The notes under the pieces were generated by a model, which saw nothing but the letters and a program-made list of their open reading frames with translations, did not search any database and was not told where the DNA came from. The position numbers were made by a program, and so were the translations under genes. From Piromyces finnis finn (taxonomy: Eukaryota; Fungi; Neocallimastigomycota), in the NCBI GenBank assembly GCA_002104945.1, contig MCFH01000043.1, forward strand, positions 414,763-478,762: a stretch of DNA of 64,000 nucleotides, given 5' to 3'. Shown here one piece after another: positions 13,515 to 26,742 of the stretch. How positions within the stretch are numbered: position 1 is the stretch's first letter; every line of letters starts with the position of its first letter.

Positions 13515-14095
13515 TTTTTTATAAAATAAATTTTTAAATTTAAATAAAAAAATTTTTTAAATATTAATAATTAAAATTTACTTTTCACTGTACTATAAAA
13601 AATATATATATAGTATTCTCTATTCCCCTTTTTTTTTATATTTTTTAAAAAAAATACTTACTTCTCGATCAAAAACTTTTTCTGGTTCAACATTTGTTAA
13701 AGATCGATTAATATTAACATTACCAATTTCTCTATTTTTTTGTTTATAACGAATTCTTCTTTCTTCTTGATCAATTCTTTCTATTCTAATTTTTCTTAAT
13801 AATTCCTTTTTTTTACTATAATCTTCTATACTTCTATTTTTGTTTGTAATAACTACTCTTTTATTTTCTAAATCAACTATTCTTTGCTGTTCCTTTTGAA
13901 AAATCCAATTATTCTTTTTTTTTTTGTATTTTTCATTCATTTTTTCTAACTTTTTTTGTTCCTCTGCATCTTTTTGAATTTTATATTCTTTATTTTCTTT
14001 AAGAGTTCTATAATTAATATTTAAATTTAATCGTTCATTTTTACATGCTGCAATATATCTAATAATATCATATCATGAAGAATGTTTTTTTATTG

Positions 14096-14127
<32 letters not shown>

Positions 14128-14939
14128 GCAGGAATAATTTATATTCGTATATATTTATATATTTAATAGATAGATGTTATTAAAAATTTCTTAATCATTA
14201 ATCATTATTATTATTATATATATTTTTTTTCATTTTAACATGATATATATATATAATAGTAGGTATTTTTTTTACTTTTCACCATCAATTAATTCAGAAC
14301 AATCGGTGACTTCTTTTCCTGATGTTAAATTAAAAAGACGACATGAACTTTTTACAAGTTGTACATTTTTAATTACACTAATAATAAACTTTTTTTTTTA
14401 ATTATATATAAAAAACATTATATAATTGAATAAAAATAATACTAATATTTAATAACCGTTATTTTATTATAGTTCATTATTAATATTACTCTGAATTTAA
14501 ATTCGAATATGAATATGAATTTAAATTTAATTTTTTTTTTTTTTTTATTTTTTTCTTCATTTACCTGTTCCCAATTTCTATATATTTTTTCGGTGACTAA
14601 CATTTTTTTTCCAAGGAAAAATGGATTATTATTTCTAAAAACATAAATATAAATACCACCAGTATCTGTGTAAGATTTTGTATTTTGTTTTGAAAGTTCA
14701 CTTTTATTATCATCATATTCACTATATTCTCTAGTTCTATCATTTGTTCTTCCTCTCGATTTTATTTGATCTTCATCATATTCAACATGATTTCCTCTTG
14801 TTTTTAATTGTCTTCGGGTAAGATCTTTATTCGATAATGGAAACATATATTCACATACTTTTTCTTGACTTCTATTTACATTTCCATTTCTGACAATATG
14901 ACCATTGCCATTATTGTCTACATGATATATATTTGGCAT
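11914..14939 (-). CDS. Doublecortin (DCX)-domain protein with three DCX repeats (about 669 aa); probable microtubule/axonemal protein
   Basis: Exons 14939-14565, 14388-14276, 14058-13662, 13464-13180, 13054-12956, 12826-12307, 12134-11914, all in frame. DCX1: IYIYVFRNNNPFFLGKKMLVTEKIYRNWEQFI...CRLFNLTSGKEVTDCSELIDGEKYIAA. DCX2: YRIFLHKNGDFQSTGTRFVL...RRIFDITTFKRIQKIEEIEDDKHYIITG. DCX3: IHVYPNGDGLSIPTNIRVTYQKFPTFEKLMRFI...KILYNMSGKKITSIDQLENEKEYVAA. Confidence 0.88.
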
Positions 14940-15274
14940 ATTTTTTATCTTTTTAGTATTATTACTTGAGAGATAATATCATTAAAAAAAAGTTCAAGTA
15001 AAAAAAAATTTTTTTTTTTTTTCTTTTTTCTTAATAAAGTACAATTAAAAAGAAGAAAAAAAAAATATTATTTATTTTACTTTATAGTTAAATAGTTAAA
15101 AACAACAACAAAAATTCAAAAATGAGAAAAAAGAAGAAAAGAAAAAAGAAATTATATTACTATTAAATAAAATATTTCGAAAAAAAAAAAAAAGAAAAAA
15201 TAGTTTAAATTATATGAATAGAAAATAATTTTAATTTATATAATTTTTATATGCCACAGCATGTCATGGTTCAT

Positions 15275-15309
<35 letters not shown>

Positions 15310-16093
15310 TCAAAAACAAATGAACCAAATGAATATTAATATTTAATATTAAAAGTAAAATAAAATAAAATACTAATTAGTATTACTATTATTATTTATT
15401 TTATTATTTATTGTTATTATTATTCAATAATAAATAAAATGGATAAAAATAAAAATACCTAAGGTATAAAAATAAAATTAAAATCAAAATTTAAAATGAT
15501 AATAATTGCTTGGAGAGACAATTAAAATAGTTTAAACCTTATAAATTAATAAATAAAAAGTGTAAAACCATATAGTTATAAAAAAAAATTTTAGCAAAAA
15601 AAATTCCCTATGAATGACGTGAATGACCTACCTTTTTTTTTTTTTTTTTTCAGAAAAAAAGTTATAAATAAATAGAGTTAAGAATTAACATGTTTCACAT
15701 TTTATCTACCATAAATAAAATCTTTCCAAATTTTCTAAAATCTTTATTTTTTCTTCTTCTTTATTAATATAAAAAAAGAATACAATTTAAAAAATGTACT
15801 TCACAATAATATTTATTTATTTATTTTAAACTATCAAAAAATTTTCTAATCCTTTTTATAAATAATGTCTTTTTTTTTTTTTTTTTTTATCTTCAAGGAT
15901 TAAAATCTTTATATTATTTTAATACAGATATTTATTGGAATTTAAACAATATTAATATAGGATATATGTTTTGTGATTTTTTTTTTTTATTTTTTTTATT
16001 TTTTTTTATTTTTTTTAAATTTTATTATTATTATTAATTTTGTTAAAGGTTGGAATGGGGTATCGAAATATGTTAAGTGTTTAAAATTACTAT

Positions 16094-16135
<42 letters not shown>

Positions 16136-16420
16136 AAAATTCTTGAATTGAAATAAATAAATAATTGGCAATAAAAATATGAATTATATTATTAAATAAG
16201 AAACAAAGATAAAAACAAGTTTTGTTTTATATACACGATTGTATTAATAAAATATGGAATATTATAATATTCTAGATATATATATTCTAAAAAAACATGA
16301 TATTAATAATATTAATTAAAAATGGGGGAAAATATATATATAGATTTTAATCATCGTATATTACTATCATTTATATTTAATAATTATAGTTGTTGTTTTT
16401 TCCTAGTTATTTTTTTTTTT

Positions 16421-17216
16421 TTAATTGTTGTCCGATTCAATTTTATTTTGTTCTTTTAATTGATTAAAAAGATCTAATGTAACACTCGCTAAAAGTCCAG
16501 GTATACTTCCATATTGACCAACGAAATAATCTATTCTTTTTTCTAATGATTGAATATACGATTTTCCACCTCCAATTAATTCCATTGAACCAGAATCATT
16601 TGAACTTGAAGCAAAAACAAAACTTTGATTTCCATTTTGACTATACATTGAAGTTAATTTGACACGTCCATCCTGTAAGAAATCAAATCTATAACCTATT
16701 TATTTAAAAAAATTTATTGTTAACAAATAAATTTATATATGATATAGCTAAGCCAATACAATCAAATCACCATAATTATTATTACTACTATTATAATGAA
16801 ATAAAAAAAAAAAAATTATAATCATTTTATATTTACCTAATAAAGAATAAACAACTTCACGATATTCTTTTGATTTTTGTCTAAATACAGTTTTTAAACG
16901 ATCTAATTTCTTTTCTAATTCCTCAATTTTATTATTTTCAATTTCTAATCTTTTATATGTTTCAATTGGAATATTTTCTATATGTTCCTCAGCAACATCA
17001 TCATTATCGTTCATTACTTCATCTATAGATGGATTATCATTTAAGTTATGTTTTTTGATAATTTTTAATAATGCTTTATTTTCATTTCGTAAAGCATCTA
17101 AAGTTGCTTTTCTTATAGAATAATCTTCTAATTCAGGGTTCTTTGCCAATTGTAATACCTTATATTATCATATTGTTATTTTTTTTTTTTTAAAAAAAAA
17201 GAGATAATTTATACAA

Positions 17217-17266
<50 letters not shown>

Positions 17267-20200
17267 GTATTATTATTATTATATAGTATTATTATTATTA
17301 TTATTATTATATTTATATACATTATACTATTACTTACTCTTGTTGTTTCAGGATTATATTCCCCTCTACCTAATGAATATTCCATTTTTTCTACTAATTT
17401 ATCAAGAGAAGCATTTTCTTTTAAAAGCATAGCATTTTTCTTTTTCAAATCTTGGATTTCTATTAAATTAGATTCAATATTTATGATATGTCAGGATAAG
17501 AAATAAACATTAATAAAAGTTATTATTCATAAAAAAATAAATATTAATAATACTATATAAAAAATTATAATCTCAAGTCTATAATTTTACCTTTATCAGC
17601 ATTCAATAATTCTGATGTTAAACTATTGGTATAATTGGAAATAGTTTCATCTTTAAAATCCATGGTTGTTTTATTTTCATCTCTTTCAACAACATCTTTT
17701 TCTAATTCATAAATTCTATTTTGATATTGATTCAACATATCTTGTAATTCTTTTATTCTATTATTTTTTCTTTCTAATTCCATTTTGGTTTCTTCATCAT
17801 GATTTTTCATCGTCATTTCTTCCAAATCATAACTTTTCTATTAATTGATGAAAGGATATACATAAAGATAAATTTATATGTCAGAATGTCAGAATAATTA
17901 AAAACTTTTTCTTTTTATTAATACAAAAGATATTTACTAATTGTTCTTCAAGCATAAGTATTCTACGTTGGGTTAATTCTTTACTTTTTTCTTTATAACT
18001 AATAATTTTTAAATTATTTTGATTATTGGTATATTCCTTTTGATATTTTGAATTAAGTTCATTAACCTTAATAAGGTATATAGATGAGACAACAATATTA
18101 ATTATACATCACAAAATTATTTATTTATAGAATTAACATATATATAAAAGAGGCCTATTATATTTACCTTGTTTTCAAGTTCATTAATATATTCCTGTTG
18201 ACTTGCGAATTTTACATTAAATTTACCTTCTTTTTCTTTCAATAATGCATATTCAATTCTTTGTTCAGTCAATGCTTTAGCTAGATCATGTGGTGAATTA
18301 AAGCCGACCGTATCGTTTTCTTCTAAAAATGATGTCCATTGAATATGCTCATCTAATAATTTAGATTTTTCAATTTCTAATTGAGAAATTTTTTCATGAA
18401 GTTTAGTCATTGCTTTTGCTTTATTTTCTAATGTTTTAATCTCTTCCTTCAAAATTTGAATATTTTCATTTCTTTCTTTATAATAATCATTTTGCTTTTT
18501 CAAATCCTTGTTCTTTTTTTCAATTTTCCGTATAAATTTTAATTGATCTATGATGTATTGTTATTGTTTTATATGTCATTAATTTTTACAATAATTTAAA
18601 TGTTTTAGTAATTAAATATATTTTTATTATATAAGTCAATAAAATTATATAAATACTAAAAAAAAAAAAAATAATAATAATAATAAATAAATAAATAAAA
18701 ATAAAAATTCGTACTTTCTAATTCTTTTTTAATTATATTCATTTCTTCAGTTGATGCATTTTGTTTTAATTTTTTATTTTCTAATTGGGTATCTTTATAT
18801 TTGACTTCAATCTCCTGTAATTGTTTTATTTTTTCGTTTAGTTGTTCTGTTCTTTTATCAAACTATAATTTTATAATATATAATAAGTATATAATCAATA
18901 TATAGATATTAATAATTTGATTTTTTTTTTTTTATTAGTATTATTATTCCATATTATTTAAATTATTAATTGCTTTTATACCTCTTTTCTTATTCTATTG
19001 ATTTCATTTTGATAATTTTTGAAATTACTATTTATTGAATCGTTTAGTTCATTAACACTAATGTTATCTTGTAAATGTTGCTGAGAATTAAAGAGTGCTT
19101 CTTTTAATGAAATAGATTCATTATTAGTTTGATAAATTTCCAATTTAGTTTCATTCTTTCAAATGTATTAAAAATTGAAAAATTATTTTATAAAAAAAAA
19201 AAAAGTTGTTAAAATTTCTTGAAAACTAATGCATATTTATATATATCAATAATTTAAATTTATTATTTAATTACCTTTAAAGTCTTTAATTCTTCTTCCA
19301 ATTTTTCAATTGTTTCTTTACTTTTTAATTCCTTTTCATATAATAATCTTCGAGTAGTTTCTAGATTCTTTATTGCATAAATTATTAGAGATAAAAATAA
19401 TTTAAAAATTAATAAGTAAATAATAATAATAAAAAATGATTTAAAATTTAGAATTCAAATGATTTATTATTATAAAAATTAAAATTTACCTGTTTTTCAA
19501 GATCTAAATCTTGTGTTAATTTTTCATACTCAATATTTTCGATTCTTAGAATATCTATATTATGTTCCAGATTCATATTTTCTTCTATATATTTATTATT
19601 TAATTCAGATATTTTTAATTCATAATCAAGTTTTTGTGCTTCCATTTGATGTTCTAAATCCTTTATTTTCTTTCTTAACTCATACTCAGTTTCTAATTAT
19701 ATATACATATCAAAATTGTAGGTTAATTTAGCTGTGCCTTCATTTATCTAATTTTTAATAACAAAAATAATTGTAAAATACCTATTATCATTGTTTTTTT
19801 ATTACGTAATAAAGGCTTTTTTTTATAAATTTTCATATTAAAAAAAAAAAAAAAAAAAGATTAAATAATTTATTAGAAAAAATATTAATTTAATTTGTAT
19901 ATGATAATAATTTTATATATCATTATTATTGTTGTTATTGTTGTTATTGTTGTTGTTGTTGTTTCGTTGTATGTAAATAATTAGTGTAAGTGGTATAAAA
20001 AGGTTTATATTGCCTACCGAATAAAATGATTGAGGAGTATTCTCTATTTCATCTGAATTTGGAATTTTTGGTGAGACCTTTTCAGTACTACTAGAATTTT
20101 CCTTTTTTTCTTCTTCTTCCTTTTCATATTGCTTTAAATGTTTAACATTATTTAAATAGTTATTTGGTGATACCAGCAATACATCTCTTTTTTTCGTTGA

Positions 20201-20284
20201 CCTAACAAATGGATGATAATTTAAGTTAACTTTATCTTGATTTTCATCAAGTTTCCGTTTTTTATTATTATTTGGTTCATTCAT
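16421..20284 (-). CDS. MAD1: Spindle assembly checkpoint protein Mad1 (multi-exon, long coiled coil plus C-terminal RWD-like domain)
   Basis: Coiled-coil exons throughout; Mad1 motifs LGRGEYNPETTRVLQLAKNP, RLKTVFRQKSKEYREVVYSLLG, DGRVKLTSMY and SIPGLLASVTLDLFNQ. Internal exon boundaries were not all resolved. Confidence 0.92.
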
Positions 20285-20373
20285 ATTTATAAATATTTAA
20301 AATATTTACTATATATATACGTTGAATAGTTTTAAAATATAATAATATTGATATAATATAATGTTAATATTTA

Positions 20374-20405
<32 letters not shown>

Positions 20406-21013
20406 AATAATTATTTAAATTTCAAAAATTAATTCTTACAACAATGACTTTTCTAGTTATTTTATTATAATTATAATTTTAAAAATAATTTCTTTTATGG
20501 TATTTTAATCTCCATTAATTAAATTTTTTTAATAAAAAATTTAAAAAAACACATAAATTTATAATAATTTTATAAAATAGATTAAAATATCACATGAAGT
20601 CACAAACCAATATTTAATGATAAATTTTTAAATTTTTTATTTTGTCTTTTTTTTTTATTTTATTTTAATAGAATGTGCTTTTTTTTTATTATTATTATTT
20701 TTTTTTTTTTTTTTTTACTTTTTCAATGTCGTCGTTATTATTATATTCAAAAATGATAAAGCTAATGCTTTTTTTTATATTATTTATAATGTAATGTGTG
20801 GGTAAAATTTTTTAAAATATGTAAATGATAATTAAACCTTTTTTTTTTTCTTTTTTTATTCACTACGGAACAGTAAGAAAAAAAAAAAAGTTATTACAAT
20901 ATAAAAAAAAAACTTTTTTTAAAGTTTAATATCTTAATGAAAAAAATAGTGAGGTTCTAATTATTATTTATAATAATGGATGGTATATTACAATTAAATA
21001 TGTTTAAAAGAAA

Positions 21014-23551
21014 TTAAAAGCCTTCTCTCTTTGAGAAAACATCTTCCCATTGAATATAGAAATCGCATGGAACCATAGCAACAATTTGAAGAAGAGACAT
21101 AGCATATTGAGTAGCCATCATTTCTCTTAGTTCTTGACTAATATTTAATATATATATATAATATATAGATTAATTAATCTTTTGACTTTTTTTTTGTAAA
21201 CTTTAATAACTTTTATTTTCCTGAAAAAAAAAAAAAAAAAAATACATACGCAATCTTTTCTTCTCCTAATGTAGTACATTCATCAATAACATCAAAATAG
21301 TTCTTTTTTGTTGGTTCTGGAATAGCCATTCTATACATGAAACTGATTTTTCTATATATCATTTAATAAAATAAAAATTAATTTTTATCCTAAATACAAT
21401 TTAAAAGAAAAAAAATTTTATACTTTTTATCATTAATATTTACTTTGTAATTTCATCCTTTGTTAAACCAACCCACTTAGCAGATGGACAAACTGGTTCA
21501 GTTCTCTTTCCTTCACCCTATTAAGATTCATAAAAAAATAAAAAAAAGTTTTTTTTTTTTAATATTTCATACTATATCAAAAAAAAAAAAAAATTTAAAT
21601 ATATATTTAATATCTTACAGTGGCGTAACCATGCTTTAATGGTAAAACAAATTGATGAACAGCAAGACTAGTAGCATCAGTCATAATTTTAACTGGAATA
21701 CCATTCTTTTCACATGCCTTAGAAACTAAACCAATAAACTTTTGAGTATTGTCATCTAATACATTAGCAAACTTTAAAAATAAAAATAATAATAAAGCAA
21801 TGATGTATAATAAATTATAATTAATTAATATTCTTATTTTCATGGATTCATTTGTATCTACAATACTTTTATATATACTTACGGATATAGCACAAACTGG
21901 CTTTCCATCCTTTTTACATTGTTCAAAGAACTTTATTTCCTTTAATAAGAATAAGAAACTAGAACTTTGGACAAGTAAGAGACAGCTTAAATTTTCTGGG
22001 AATTCGAAATCTAATTTAATTTTAATTAATAAATGAAAATATGTGAATATTTTAAATATCAACTAGAATTTAAAATAGAGTATCATAAATAGGGTGTTTA
22101 TAAGTATTAAATATTTCTTACCTTCAACCTTATATTCATCAGCATTTGGAAGTGGATAAACCTTATTTCAATTATATATATATAAAATTAAATTATTTTA
22201 GGTTTACAATTTCCTAAATTTATAAAAGATAAAATACGCTATTCATTAAATTATTACCATGTATTTTCCTTCAGTATCTAAAACACTGCAATCCTGCTTT
22301 TGAACAAAGACATCACCACATAACATTGGGAATTCAACATCATCCTATCATTAAAAAAAAATTAAAAATGATTAAATATAATTTTATAAAAAGTTAAATC
22401 AACATCACACTAAATAAATAAATACTTACAATGTGAATGATTTGTCTATCACGATCAAGATAATCTAAGCAACTGTCAACAATAGTGGCAAGTTCTTTTT
22501 CATCCTTCCAAATTTGTGGATGAGATTCTCTGATATAACTATAATATTTAATATTAATAATCTTTGTTAGTTTATCATCTTTAAATTAAAAATAATTTTA
22601 ATCTTAATTTATTAATAAAATTAAAAAATAAATAAATAAATAAAAAACCTATAAGTCATTGTAAAGCCATATTCTAAGGCTTCTTCAAGACAATGATAAA
22701 CATGTTGATGTTGAGCTATAATTAATCAATTTAAAACATAAGTATAGACAAAATAAGAAAAAAAAAATATTAAAATGTTGAAATAGCGTGTATGAAGTTT
22801 ATAGCTTTATTACAAATTTAAAATATTAAAATATTTTTTTTAACTTTTTTATTATAATACATACCATATAACTTAGTGTTAGAAACCATGTTAACTTCTC
22901 TTAATAAAGGATATTCACCCTTTTCATTTTTTCTATTATTTATAAATAATACCAAGTATTAATTTCATATGAAGAAATTATTTTAAATAAATTCAATGAA
23001 AAAAAAGTATAACGGATAAGATAATATTAATATTATCCATAAAATTATTTTCAAAAAAAAAAAAATGGATATTTAATAAAAATAACAAATTAGCCATCGT
23101 GAAAAAATATATTTTATAAAATATATTTTCACATACTCTTTAGAAGTATCATAATAAACACATGGAAGGGCGTGTGGTCTTCCATAGGCAAAACAAGCAA
23201 CACTTTTAGTCATTAATTCAGTAATGTGTTTCTTTAAAGTTTCTCTAATGATAACAAAAAATATAAATATATTATAATAATTAAAAAAAAAAATTAATTT
23301 TTAATTTAAAACATTGATTAACAAAAATAATAAAAAAGCTTTTTAATTATTTTTAATTAAAAACTTTTAAATGACTACAGGATATATAATAAATAGGTAT
23401 ATTCTTTTTTATTATTATTATTATTATTATGAAAAAAAAAAAAATAAAATGGTAAAAAAAATATTATATAAAACATTTACGGTGTCTTTTTGTTGAGAAT
23501 TTCAGCAATTTCATCAGTTGGAGTATTAGAAATAACTTCTTCTTGAATCAT
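21014..23551 (-). CDS. Spo11/DNA topoisomerase VI subunit A-fold protein (369 aa, 12 exons) with degenerate catalytic motifs; probable pseudo-enzyme
   Basis: Exons 23551-23481, 23244-23137, 22932-22865, 22715-22649, 22538-22430, 22344-22258, 22161-22122, 22010-21883, 21771-21619, 21517-21444, 21330-21250, 21137-21014. Total 1110 nt, all GT-AG, phases consistent, no internal stop. By-eye match to Spo11/Top6A: KLYAQ..(helix)..TMTYSYIRESHPQIWKDEKELATIVDSCLDYLDRDRQIIHI; MLCGDV; CLLLVQSSS; CAISFANVLDDNTQKF; IPVKIMTDATS; CPSAKWVGLTKDEI; QELREMMATQYAMSLLQI. Confidence 0.8.
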
Positions 23552-24409
23552 TTTGTAATATTAATTCCTTTAAAACCTTTTTGTCTTAATTTTTATTGAA
23601 GTTTATAGTTTTTTTATAATTTTTTTATTATAGTAATTATATATTTTAATTACTCTATCAATTATAATTTTTTTTTTCTTTTTAGTTTTAATTTTTTAAA
23701 ACTATATATGTATATTTATAGTATAATTAATTTAATTATATAAACTAATTACTAATAACACTTTTTATTTTTTTTTTATACTTTATTTTACTTTCTAAAA
23801 AGTATATATAAAAGTTATAAAAAGGTAGAAATGAAAAAAGATAAACTATCAATATAAATGAATAATTAAATTTAAACTTTTTTATCTTTATTAATTAATA
23901 TATTATTTTGTTAATTGATAATTTTATTTATTATTACTTTGGTAAGATAATTAAATTAAAAATGTTTAAAAATTTGTTTAGTCTATCAAAAAAAAAAAAA
24001 AAAAAGATTTTTAGTTTATAACAATACATGAACAATAGTATTAAGATGGAAAAAGATGCTTTTTTTTTAATTAAATAAAAATACTATATAATAAGGAGGA
24101 AATACTTTTTTTTTTTTTCTTAAAAAACATTTATACAACATATAAAATAATGATTATGAAAATCACTTTTTAAGTCTATATTTCTGCAATGCATTATTAG
24201 TAATTCTATTTATTTTTCATGCAATATTACAATACCATTTATTAAATCATTTTCCATTAGTTTTTTCTTTAAATAATAAATAACCAATAGTTTAATATTT
24301 TTAAAAAATAATAACTTTTAGACATCTTTTTTTTCTTCTCTATGACAATTTTATTTAATAGTCTAACTCATCGTTTAAACCTTTACACATCCACAATATG
24401 AATTCTTCT

Positions 24410-24477
24410 CATAGATACAATAGATACAATAGATACAGTAGATACAGTAGATATAATAGATATAATATAGATATAAT
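24410..24477. repeat. Degenerate 9-bp minisatellite (atagataca/gtagataca/atagatata)
   Basis: atagatacaatagatacaatagatacagtagatacagtagatataatagatata seen directly. Confidence 0.8.
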
Positions 24478-26200
24478 GTATAATAATGGATGGTAGAATG
24501 AAATGTATAACTTTTTTTTTTTTTTAGTTTAATTTATTAATGTTGTTATTGCTTTTTTTTAAAGTTGATATTAAATTTTTTTTCTGTATTTAATTAAAAA
24601 ATTGTTTATAAATTTTGATACAATATATTAACAATTATATTATAATAAATAGAATATAAAGAATAATATATAGAAATAATAATATCACAATTATTTAATT
24701 AAAAAATTTATACTTTAATAAATTGATTTCTCTTAATTAAATTTACACATTTTTTTATTTAAGTTCAGTAATTTCTATGCATCAAAATGAAGTATGGATG
24801 ATCAAACAAACAAGTTAAAAAAAAAAGAAAGACGTAATTAAAAAGATTGTTATTGTTGCATATTGTTGTTTTTGTTGTCATGTTGAATTTCAACACACTT
24901 TTATCAATGTTTATATTTCATTAAAAAAAAAAAATAAATATTTTATGGTTTCTCCTATGGTTAGGATTTTTTTATGTTTCAAAAATGTGTTTAAAAGCAA
25001 AGAAAATAAAGAATAGTTTAAAACGATTAATTTCACATTTTTGAAATATATTAAATAATAAAGTAAATATTTTTTATAATTATGGCATATACACTTTTTA
25101 TATATAATTTAAGTCATATTTATATACAATATAATAATTTATCATTCATTGTTTTTTGTATAAATGTTTATGATAAAGATAAAAATGTTAACACTATACA
25201 AAAAAAAAGTTTTTTCATACAATAATTCATTATATTTATGTTTAGAATAAAAAAAATATTATAAAAGACTCATAATAATATTTTTCTCTATAATATTAAT
25301 GCTATTAATAAAAATATTATTAAAAATATAAAAATATGTAATATATTTTTTGTATTAGTTTTTTTTTTATTTGTTTATTAAATAAAAAGTATAAAAAAAA
25401 ATACTAATCGATATTACTATGTTTCATTATATTTCACAATAATGAATTAATAAAAATTAGGTTGTAAATATTCAATAATAATAGATAAAATATTATAATA
25501 ATAAACCTAATAACAATATTAACCACAATACCAACAATACCAACAACAATAATAATAGTAATATTAATAATAAAATTAAAAATTATACATTTATTATTGT
25601 TATTATTAATAGTGTTAAAATAATAATACATTATTATGATGTATATTTATTATATAATATAATATTATAATTATCATTATTGATTGAATTTAGATGGTAT
25701 GATAATAAACTTAATAATAAAAAACAATTAATCAAATATAAGGAATAAAACAATAAAAATAACTGTTTATTTAATAGTCAAATATAGGATATTTTATAGT
25801 TAAGATGGTATTTTATAAAAGAAAACATAGTTAACTCTTTTATTGGATATATTTAATACATTATATAATACATAATGTATTGAAATGTAGTATAGAGAAA
25901 ATTTTATAATAATAATTTATAATATACAAAAGCATTCCTTCCACGTGTAGAAAATAAAAAAAGTAAACAATATTTTAATATGAGTAGAAATTAAAAGGCA
26001 TATTAAAAAAAAGAGCAATATTTATTTAAAATTCTATGAACAATAAATTGAAAGCATTTGCTGTAATTAGAAAGAAATTGTGATTAGAAGCATGAATGAA
26101 TAGGTATTTAGTTAATAATTAATTAATTAATTAATTAATTAATAACAATAATAATAATAAACACAATAATAAATATAATAACAAATAATAATAACAACAG

Positions 26201-26471
<271 letters not shown>

Positions 26472-26742
26472 CAACAACAACAACAGATAATAATAACAAA
26501 AGCAATAATGCAATGATAATAAAAATAATAGATTAACTGTTAAAGAGAATAGAAAAGTAAATAATGTATAAATTTTTTTTTTTTGTTAACAAAGGTAAAG
26601 AAAGGTATAAATAGTAAATATTAGTCCACTTTAAATAAATAATATGTTAAGTAAATAATCCACATAAATAAAAAGATTATTAAATTTTTTTAATAATTAT
26701 TAATGACCAAAATATCAATTGCTTATTTATCCATTTTATTGT

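Noticed and set aside
22933-22985. Intron 2 of the Spo11-like gene contains an out-of-frame MKLILGIIYK that resembles the Spo11 pre-catalytic helix (LKILSMIYK)
   Set aside because: It has no upstream AG acceptor and is closed by stops. The spliced protein already supplies that helix (KLYAQHQHVYHCLEE), so this is likely coincidence.
25943-25948. CACGTG (Pho4/E-box) upstream of the Pho2-like homeobox gene
   Set aside because: A single hexamer about 5 kb from the ATG; not distinguishable from chance.
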